From contig JAEHCO010000001.1 of NCBI GenBank assembly GCA_020697715.1, positions 160,001 through 224,000 of the forward strand: a DNA stretch of 64,000 nt, given 5' to 3'. The notes beneath the pieces are model-generated. The model saw only the letters and a list, made by a program, of their open reading frames with translations. It was not told the origin of the DNA and did not search any database. Shown here piece by piece: positions 47,944 through 57,700 of this stretch (the first letter of the stretch is position 1; the number at the start of each line of letters is the position of its first letter). Both the position numbers and the translations under genes were made by a program. This stretch comes from Methanobacteriota archaeon (lineage in GTDB: Archaea; Thermoplasmatota; Thermoplasmata; SG8-5; JAGLSY01).

Positions 47944-50232
47944 ATGGTAGAGGAAAGCCAGCCTGTTAGTGATACGAAAGTCGAGGTCAAATTGAAGAGA
48001 GACCTCGGTCTCTTCAGTATTTTGATGATCGGGCTTGGGCCGACACTTGGTTCCACCATCTTTCTTCTTGTAGGATTTGGGCTTGAGATCGCCGGACCTG
48101 GACTTGTACTTGTTTTTGTCCTGAACTTCATTGTCACGGTCTTCACAGCCATGGCCTATGCCGAGCTCAGCAGCGCCTTCCCCGATACTGGCGGAGGATA
48201 TCTGTGGGTGAAGGAAGGTATGCCCCAGCCTATTGGTTTTCTGGCAGGCTGGATGTCCTGGTTCGGGCATTGTATCGTGACCAGTTTCTATGTCTTTGGT
48301 TTTGGGAAGGGAGTGATGTGGATACTGGAGGCGAATGAGATCGCCATACCCTTTGACGCGGATCTTCTTGTGAAATCATTGGCTGTCGCGGTGTGTTTGG
48401 TCTTCATCCTCATCAACTACAGAGGAACGAAAGAAACTGGTAAGTCCAGTATCTACATCACACTTATCCTGATAGCGATCATATCCATATTCATCATTTC
48501 CGGAGTCATCTATATAATTCTAAACCCAGGAGCGCATGGAGGGGATGTGACCTCGGTCGTCAGCAACCCGATACCAAATGGCTGGGGCTCGATCCTGATA
48601 GCTATGGGATTCACATTCATTGTTTTCGAGGGTTATGAGATAATATCTCAATGTGGAGAGGAATGTATCGACCCTCTCAAGAACGTGCCAAAGGCCAGCT
48701 GGTTATGTATCATCATATCCACCATCATATTCGTTCTGGTGGCCGCTGTTTGTACAGGGGTGATCGACTGGACGACCATCGGGCACACGGTAGCAGGGGA
48801 TGATGTCGTGGCCCATGTGGCAGACATCACCATTCCCAAATACGGAATACTACTGGTGGCCACAGGTGTTATCCTCGGAACACTGGCCGCGATCAATTCC
48901 ACCTTATTTTCATCATCCAGAGTGTCATACGCCATGGGTCGTGATGGAGCCCTTCCGGATGCCTTCGGCACACTCAGCAAAAAGAAGAACACACCTCATG
49001 TGGCCATATTCACCAGTGGAGCCATCGTCATAATGATGACATTGTTCCTCCCCATCGAGGATATCGCCGCGTCAGCCGATATCATGTTCCTCCTGCTCTT
49101 CTTCTTCGTGAACCTGGCTGCCATCACACTAAGATACAAAAGACCGGATATCAAGCGCCATTACATGATGCCCTTCTTCCCATGGGTTCCGATTATCGGC
49201 ATTGGAACAAAATTTGTCCTGGCCATAGGATTATGGTGGGAGTTCCCAATGGCTTGGGTAATTGCTGTCGTGTGGATCGAGATCGGCCTGATGGCCTTCT
49301 ATTTATATGGCGGAAAGGAAAAGATCGAAAAGACCGATCACCCGGATGAAGTTGCTGAAAGGGCGAGCAAGAAGAAGGGTAAGAAATACAAGATACTGGT
49401 ACCTGTTACAAGCGATGAGCAGAAATCCCTTGTTAAATTCGCCGCCCTGGTCGCCAGAGTGGAGAATGCGGAGGTATACCTGGTAAAGGTGATCGAGCAG
49501 GCAAAAGGAGATCACCTGGATTCGATGGCCTATAAAGAACTGGCACCTCATATCAAGGTAGTGGACAAGCTGAAGAAGATACTTGACAGAGAGCAGATAA
49601 AATGCCACAGTAAAGTCCTGATCTCCAGACTGGCTTCCGATGCTATACTGGATCTCATAAATGAAGAAAAGATCGATCTGACAATAATCGGATGGAGGGG
49701 GCAGACAAAGCCTGGTCAGATCTTCGGACACAATATTGATGAAATGGTCCAGAAGGCGAACAGTGATGTCATCGTGTTCAAATCCAAGGAGATGGGCAAG
49801 GAAGTGAAGAAGATACTCGTGGTCTCAACCCCTGAGTGGCATTCCAGTTATGCAACCAATTATTCTATCCTTATCGCGAAACAGGATTATTCCCACATCA
49901 CGATATTCAGCGCAAGCGCGACCGAGGCTAAAAGAATAGAGGAAGACAAGTATGCGGACAAATTGACACAATTATGCCATATTCATGATGTTGAGCATAC
50001 GAAGAAGGTCATCATGGTCGATAATATCGAGGATGCCATAGTGAAAGAGGCTGCTGATCATGACCTGGTTGTCTTCGGAGCCGCAGAAGAGTGGACATTG
50101 AAGAAGTATGCCTTTGGTAGCATGCAGGACAGAATGGCGAAAGGCATACAGAAACCAATACTCATGGTGAGGAAGATCACACATAGGTCATCCAGCATAT
50201 CTGATGATCCTGCATCAGATAAAAAGGATTGA
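47944..50232 (+). CDS. APC amino-acid permease with two C-terminal USP domains
   Basis: YAELSSAFP..GG, FEGYE, SRVSYAMGRDG; ILVPV, IIGW, VVFGA..GS..PILMVR. Confidence 0.92.
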   Translation: MVEESQPVSDTKVEVKLKRDLGLFSILMIGLGPTLGSTIFLLVGFGLEIAGPGLVLVFVLNFIVTVFTAMAYAELSSAFPDTGGGYLWVKEGMPQPIGFLAGWMSWFGHCIVTSFYVFGFGKGVMWILEANEIAIPFDADLLVKSLAVAVCLVFILINYRGTKETGKSSIYITLILIAIISIFIISGVIYIILNPGAHGGDVTSVVSNPIPNGWGSILIAMGFTFIVFEGYEIISQCGEECIDPLKNVPKASWLCIIISTIIFVLVAAVCTGVIDWTTIGHTVAGDDVVAHVADITIPKYGILLVATGVILGTLAAINSTLFSSSRVSYAMGRDGALPDAFGTLSKKKNTPHVAIFTSGAIVIMMTLFLPIEDIAASADIMFLLLFFFVNLAAITLRYKRPDIKRHYMMPFFPWVPIIGIGTKFVLAIGLWWEFPMAWVIAVVWIEIGLMAFYLYGGKEKIEKTDHPDEVAERASKKKGKKYKILVPVTSDEQKSLVKFAALVARVENAEVYLVKVIEQAKGDHLDSMAYKELAPHIKVVDKLKKILDREQIKCHSKVLISRLASDAILDLINEEKIDLTIIGWRGQTKPGQIFGHNIDEMVQKANSDVIVFKSKEMGKEVKKILVVSTPEWHSSYATNYSILIAKQDYSHITIFSASATEAKRIEEDKYADKLTQLCHIHDVEHTKKVIMVDNIEDAIVKEAADHDLVVFGAAEEWTLKKYAFGSMQDRMAKGIQKPILMVRKITHRSSSISDDPASDKKD

Positions 50233-50288
50233 TCATTCACTATACCTGCTAGTATTGACGAAGTATATTGTTGATGGAATATTTTAGA

Positions 50289-51656
50289 TCAATTGAAGGA
50301 TGATAGTGCTATTCCATCCTTCTTCAATCTATCGTGAAGAGCCTTGATGAGCTCAGATCGTACAATATCTCCCTGGGATGGGTCCAAAACCCAGGCATTG
50401 ACACGGTAGATCGACGTATCCTTTGATATGGACAATAATCGGACAGTTATCGGATACTTAGGATCCTGGCCAGATACACCTGCGGATGAAGCCGTGATAG
50501 TATTCTCAATAACCTGGAAATCAACTTCTGAGCTTAATGGTATATCGATATCCAATCTAAGACCATCGACTGTAGTGAAGTTGTGAATTGTGGAATCCAT
50601 GACCTTGTTATTTGGAATATCCATGAAATCTCCGAAATTGGTCCTCACCCTTGTGAAGATCAGGTGCTGCTCAACTACCTCTCCAACATCCTCATCACCC
50701 AATTTGACCCAGTCGCCTTTGTTAATGCTGTCAGTAAGCAGGAGTATGACACCGGATATGGCATTCTTCATGCCTGGGGAGGTTCCGATTATCAGTAAGA
50801 TGGAAAGAGTTAATCCAATTATGACAAAGACAACTAGTTCCATATGCATGAATCCAAGAATATCCAGTATGATCATCAAGGTTAAAACAAAAGCCAGCCA
50901 GTAAAGCAAATATCTGATCAAGTTCTTCAGCAGATCGATGAGTTTATTTGGGAATTTCGTAGGCTTGGACTTGAAGTCATCCAGCATCATTGACAAAAGC
51001 TTTCCTACAAGGTACAGTACCACAATAATAGTGATGAGCGAAAGAACTTCCTGAAGGATCAGTGTCCCATCCATCCCAGTTATGCCAGTGACCTCGAATA
51101 TCTGATCTCGAACTTCCTGATTGGGGGTGGTTAGAAGACCTACAAGGAAAGCGATGACTATCCCGAAGAATAGAAGTATGTATTTGACAAAGCCCTGGGC
51201 GAAGTCCAGTATACCTGACTTCACCATATTATCAGGATCTCCTTTTGCTTCTTCACCCTTAATGGAGATCCAGACCGAGCTGAGCTGGGCTAGCAGTAAG
51301 AAACTGAAAAAGGTCACTCCAGCCATTAATATGAATATATAATCTAGAGTTGTTTCAAAGAGAGTGAGGAAAAGTTCGATCTCCAGTAATGCGCCTACAT
51401 AAAGTATGGAGATAAGAACGAAGATGATGCTCATTACCCGAACTGCCGTGAATACGGAGTCCAATGTTCGGTCATCCACATATGTTCTTTCTTTCAATTT
51501 GAGAAAACTGATATATCTTGATATATGAGAGAAGATAAACAGCAATACGGTGAACAAGACTATACCAATTACCACTAGGAGTGCGTAGTCTCCTGGTCCT
51601 GCTTCGTTCATGATACCAGTCATTGTTTCCGAACTGCTTGCTAACATATTATCCAC
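50289..51656 (-). CDS. MscS-family protein with extended/duplicated TM region
   Basis: NAISGVILL..GDWV..G.V..TRVRT..IPNN; about 7 TM. Confidence 0.8.
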   Translation of the reverse strand: MDNMLASSSETMTGIMNEAGPGDYALLVVIGIVLFTVLLFIFSHISRYISFLKLKERTYVDDRTLDSVFTAVRVMSIIFVLISILYVGALLEIELFLTLFETTLDYIFILMAGVTFFSFLLLAQLSSVWISIKGEEAKGDPDNMVKSGILDFAQGFVKYILLFFGIVIAFLVGLLTTPNQEVRDQIFEVTGITGMDGTLILQEVLSLITIIVVLYLVGKLLSMMLDDFKSKPTKFPNKLIDLLKNLIRYLLYWLAFVLTLMIILDILGFMHMELVVFVIIGLTLSILLIIGTSPGMKNAISGVILLLTDSINKGDWVKLGDEDVGEVVEQHLIFTRVRTNFGDFMDIPNNKVMDSTIHNFTTVDGLRLDIDIPLSSEVDFQVIENTITASSAGVSGQDPKYPITVRLLSISKDTSIYRVNAWVLDPSQGDIVRSELIKALHDRLKKDGIALSSFN

Positions 51657-51719
51657 AATGGGATGAAATAATCGATTATTTATATTTATGCACAGAAGCT
51701 AAGGGATATGATACAAACA

Positions 51720-54700
51720 TTACTGGGGCAGGGATGCTTTCCTCTTCCTGCGAACTATGCTGAATATGACCATTGGCATGAAGATGACGAATGCAAGTGC
51801 GCTGTATTCGGATATGATGATCACCATCGTACCAGATGCGAACATCACCCATGTTATTCCAGCATTGGCATTACTGCCTGCTGTGAAATGTGGCGCACCG
51901 ATCAGGACATCTATTTTATTATCTCCATCCAGGTCGCCAACCTTACAGACAGACCATCCAAAGTGTGAACTGGCATTGGCAGAATAATTTACATAATCCG
52001 CATTGGCGGCGCTTATCGCACTAGCCATAGTGGCAGAGCCATTGAAGATATACACCGCTCCTTTTCCACTACTGTAATACGGTGCTCCGACAATGACATC
52101 GTCGTATGTGTCACCATTGAAGTCATCCAAGCCATGAACGGAGTAGCCGAACTTATCACCGGAGGTTTCGCCTGTGAGAGTGACGGCTATCTTGCAATAC
52201 TTGTAGCTTATAGTTATTGAGGAAAGGACTGGAGTATAGCAAACCTGTGTTGTGCTCATCACTATCTTGTATCGGAGATCGTCGCCCTGGGCTTCCCCGC
52301 CTGTGAAAGAATACTCAATTCCATCAGAAACAGCGGTGTAAGTGGTTCCACCATCACGTGACACGGAGACCGTCATGCTGGCTCCGTTCGTCACCGCTGT
52401 CCAATCCGCGGTCATTGATGTTATCTGACCACTGACCGCCGTTGTGGAAGATTCATAGGTTCCTGGTGTGTTGTATTTATACACATTCACATCATCAATC
52501 CAGACATCTGACATCCCTGCTGTTCCAGAAAGGAAGGTTATGGCACTCATAGAGTCCACTGTAGCGACATTGGCCATAAGGGCATCCGTGTATTCCAGTG
52601 TACCGTTGATGAACATATCGAACTGATCATTGTCACAATCTGCTACAACGGTTATAGTGTACCAGCAACCTGTAGCATAGGGCATTATTACCTCGGTACT
52701 GTCTCCGCCCTGGAAGTCCCTAACACAGATATCACCATCAATGAACTGCATCTGGAAAGCAAAGGTCGCGCCATCGAATCCAGCCATGGAAAAGTAGTCA
52801 TCCGCGGTCTGAGATTCGAAATATATCTTGAACTCCATACAGACAAAACCTGTAGCATCCGTGAAAGTGTCATCTATCTGGATGTTCTGGTCCACACTGT
52901 TCGTATCGTTAAAGTTAAGACCATTAGAGGCCGAGACCGAGTAAGTGTCATCAACAGCCACATCACACCCAGTACCTTCTGCCGTTATGGTCCACCCAGT
53001 TGGATCATTCCCCACGGTCTCTCCGGTATCAAAATTATCTTCATATGTTATGGTCTTATCGAGCATCAGGTCTCCACCGGAGGAGGCGTATATGTTTGTG
53101 TTAGGATTTGCCGATGCCAGACTGCTTCCAGTAGCCGTGAAATCAGACTGAGATGTATCTGTCCTAGAGCCAGTTCCATCTATGTCCCCTCCCTTGTATA
53201 TGTAGGCATTGCCATTTGAAGTTCCAGGAGCTCCAACTATAACATCATCATTGCCACTATTATCTACATTTCCAGCACTGGCCACGCTCCAGCCAAATTT
53301 ACTCTGAACAGCGGCCCCGGAAACATGGAGGTACATGTGATCGATATAAACAGTATCAAGGTTGGAATCTCCAGACGTGGCATCCACCACCCCAATATAT
53401 AGAGTTCCAGTATAGGCATCCAGGGTGGCGTCCGAGTATGTCTGATATACATCATCATCACTTGTCTTGGTCATATCCAGCATCTTGGTCCATGTATCTA
53501 CAGCTCCTGTTCCAGCAGTGGAATAATAAAATTCGAAATTCTCACTATCCAGATCTGTCCTGTACCCATCAAGATAGAAGGTGGAATCTGTCCCAGCAGT
53601 AACGGACATGGTCCATTTATGTTCTAATCTAGTAGAAGCGATCGATACGGTGGTGTTCACACACATGAAATCGATTTCTAAAGTGTCTGCCTGACTATTG
53701 GCAGAAGTATTGTCAATAGCGCCGACATAGAACGCTCCTCCGGTGAAGCCATCTGCATCCAGATCGAAGGTGTAAGTTGTCTGGGCCTGGGCGTCGACAG
53801 AGAACATGTAAGTCCATGCGCTAGTTCCAACATCTCCAGAATTTGTTGTGGCATAATAGAACATAAATTCATCATTTGGACTGCCACCTGAATCCCAGCC
53901 AGCACGTAGTTGGAACTCATACTGATCGGCAGATGCGGGTGTTGATGTGAAGGTCCATTTATGTTCAAGGCTGTAATGTGGCACAGCTGTACTGTCCATG
54001 GTCACATTCACATCATCCAGCCATACTGCTTCACCACTTCGCATTGATGCAGCACGCCACTGGATCTGGAAAGCACTATGCAAATATTGCGAGTCGGTTA
54101 TAGTCTCTTGATAATTGTACCATGTATCCTCGGTAGTTTGCAGGGTTGCCAAATCTTCTATGAGGTCCCAGGTTCCGGTATTGTCATAGTAATAGAGGGT
54201 GTAATCATTGGGATCGGCATCATCTTCGCGCCACCAAAAGTCAACATCAATGCTTGTTGCAGATGAAGTATCCATTGATGGGGATTGAAGAGTGCCAGAT
54301 AAGCCAGGATTTGCACCATCGAAATCTGCAGAATATGAGCCCGTATGGAACTGATCTGTTTCTGGATTCCATACTGTTCCTGCGGCTTCAGTCCAATCGG
54401 TGGGCCAAGAGGTGCTCTCAAAGCTCTCTGTGGGAATCAGAGTAGTAGTACTGCTGCCCCCAGTGATCTGGTACTCTACAATGTCCTGGGTTGTTCCATC
54501 CTGGTCTGCCGTATCAGTGTAATCATTTACATTTGAGCCAGAATCTGATTCATTATATGTTTCTGAAGTAGCAAAATCCTCATCATAGACAGCTGCAGAA
54601 CTTACCTCAGTTATGCTCTGATAGCCATCATTCTGCGTCTGAGTATTGGTGTGGGTGCCGGAGACCGTGCCAGTGTCTGCAACATCAGCCCCTGTGGTGT

Positions 54701-57700
54701 AATCGGTCGTCAAGAAGGCTTTTTCCGATAGTAGCTCCTTATATGGAACTGATGTGAAATACAAATGATCCACATATAGAGTGTCATTAACAGTATTGCC
54801 TTCACTACTATCAGTATCAATGACTCCCACATAGACAGTTCCTGAGAGACTGCAAAGAGTGTCATCCGTATATGATTGATATGCGTCATTTTCTGTTGTC
54901 TTGGTCACGGTCAGCATCTTGGTCCAGCCAGAGTCACCTACTGTTCCTGTGCCCGTTGTTGAATAATAGAAGTCAAAGTCATCTCCTTCTGTATTGGAAG
55001 TGTGGTTTGCCTCGAGGTAGAACGTGTTCTGAGATCTGGAGGATATGGACACATTCCATTTATGCTCCAATCGGCTTACTTTCGGAGTGTAGGTCACCAC
55101 TATATCGTCCACGTATGCATCCTCATTGAGAGCGGATCTGTACAGATAGAATCGTATTGCCAGATTTGGATTGTTGTTGGCAGAAGCTGGCAGGAGGAAA
55201 GATTTGTCTGCATAAGCCAAGTCCCCTGTCAGTTCTTCAAGTATGACATAGCCGGAACCGACATCATACTCTGCTCTGAAATAATCCACTCCCGAATCCA
55301 ACCCGGTTGCGGCAACGGAGTAAGATAGAGTTATGCCCTCTTTTCCAGTTGAATCTATTGTCCTGGCTATGTGATTTGTAGTAACTGAATTTCCGCTTCC
55401 CAGGTCGCAAGAATATGTGCCAGTATTGACGTTCTCAGTACTCGCAGCAGGATCCCCAGTGACAGTCCATCCACCAGTCGTCAGATCGCCGCTTTCAAAT
55501 CCATCACTGAAGAATGATATGCCGCCCCCTGAACCGCCTCCCCATACTTCTTCAATCTCTTCATAACCATCATTACTGGATTGGGTACTGGTGTAGGTAT
55601 TGGTCAAGGTCCCACTGACATTCCAATCTGTATCGGCAGTCTCCAATACAGGTAGACTGAACACATAGGCTCTCTCATTACCTGGTTCACCGATTATGAC
55701 CTCGCTTCCTGCTGTGCCATCCGTGTTGCCAGCATCGGAAACAGAGAAGCCGAAATTACCATTGGACACTGTACCGTTCAATGATACATCTGCTGTCGCG
55801 GCTGTTGTTGGAATGCTTCCGTCTCCGTAGAAGATATAGGCCTTACCTTTGCCCGAGTTGGCATATGGAGCGCCGACAATGACATCGTCATTATTGGCAT
55901 TATTGTAATCACCTGCTCCACTCACGCTCGCCCCAAAGTCATCCCCACTGGCTCCACCAGTAATAGTGACATTCGCGCTCGTAGATGCTAGGTCCCAACT
56001 GCCATCACCGGTAACCTCCTCCCAGTTGAGACCCTTTCCATAAAATATGTACGCATTGCCATTTGTCGTATCTGGCGCGCCCACTATAATATCGTCATAA
56101 CCATCATTATCTACATCACCAGCATCACTCACATCCCAACCGAAATGGTCGCCCGACGCCGCGCCCGTTATGGTGACATTGGCAAATGCCGCCTGCATGT
56201 AATTGCCATTCGATGAGTTGAAACCGTAATATCCGAAGAATACGTAAGCGCGACCTTCATTGCCGCTTGCACCTGGTGCTCCAACCACCACATCGGGGTA
56301 ATTGTCATTATTGACATCGCCAGCATATGACACGTTCCATCCAAATAGATCACTGGCCGCTGATCCATTACCTGATGTGACCTCACTTAACTGTAGCATA
56401 TCCCCGGCCATTGGAGCTTCAGGATCAGGAGCGGAGCGAGTTACTGGTAATGTAAGGGGAGTGTCTTCCTCAATGGCTGTATCTGAATCCTCATTCCATG
56501 AGATGGTCTCGAAAGAGGCTGATATATCCTCCACAGTCTGTATATCCAGCATGACCTCCAATTGTTTGGTATCATATTGGAAATCAGGCATCTGGATGTC
56601 TGCCCAGCTCCATTCTCTCTGCGATAGGCCTGTGAACTCTCTGGTAAATGAAGATTTGATCTCACCGTATTTACCACTGAATTCTATAATGTAATCCACA
56701 CCCAGCCCGGAGCGAGAATATCCCGTAGAGGTGTCATTGTCCACATCCACATAGATCGTGGAGGTGTCATAGCCATTCAATGGTGGTATGTGGTCAGGAC
56801 CGATGTATTTGGTCACTTTGGTATCCTCATTATAGAGTTCTTCATCAGTTCCGCCTGCATCGTGGTCTATCTCGCCATCACCATCATCGTCATTGGATTC
56901 CGAGTCCGGGATCCCATCATTATTGAAATCATGTTCATAACCAGGTTCATACTGATCCAATATACCATCACCATCACTATCTACCTGGGCAGTGGTGGTG
57001 GATGGAGGTGGTGGCGTGGAAGAAGGTGCCCTTGCAGTGGCAGTTAGAGGTACACTAGCCCCGCCCATGATATCGCCATTTGACCTCATATAGAAGGCTA
57101 ATTTTGTACCATCATTATAAGCGCCATATCTGCTGATATCTATGGAGGTGCTGGATCCTGTATCAGGCTCTCCTATTTCATCATTGGAAGCGGAGGACCA
57201 ATCACTGAAACCACCGTCTATCATTACCCCGAACGGAACAACATCAATGTATCCAAGGTCATAACTGGAAGATTCGGTATTTAGAGAAGCTACTCCATCG
57301 ACCACTGATATTCCAGCAGAGCTTGTTATTTCCGCGCCCAGTGTTGTTCCGGAGCTGGCAGATGCTGATATATCCACTTCCAATGTAAAGCTCTGTGTCT
57401 GTCCTGCAGGGATGGTGGTTCCCATGGCGAGGCTTAATGTTGATGATAATTGTGATGTCTCTACCACGGTGCTACCTGCGCTATTCAATACCCTGACAGA
57501 AGATATTGATGACAATGGAATCGTTCCTTTTAATGTGACCTGGACAGAATCCAGGACCGCATCTATTTCTGTTGCTGTGACATCGAAAGCGAGAAGCGAT
57601 TGACCAGATCCAGAAAGGATCTCCGAGCACGAACTTCTCTGTTCGACAGTGAGTATGGCTAAAGAATTACTGACCAGATGATCTGAATGATCATGGTATC

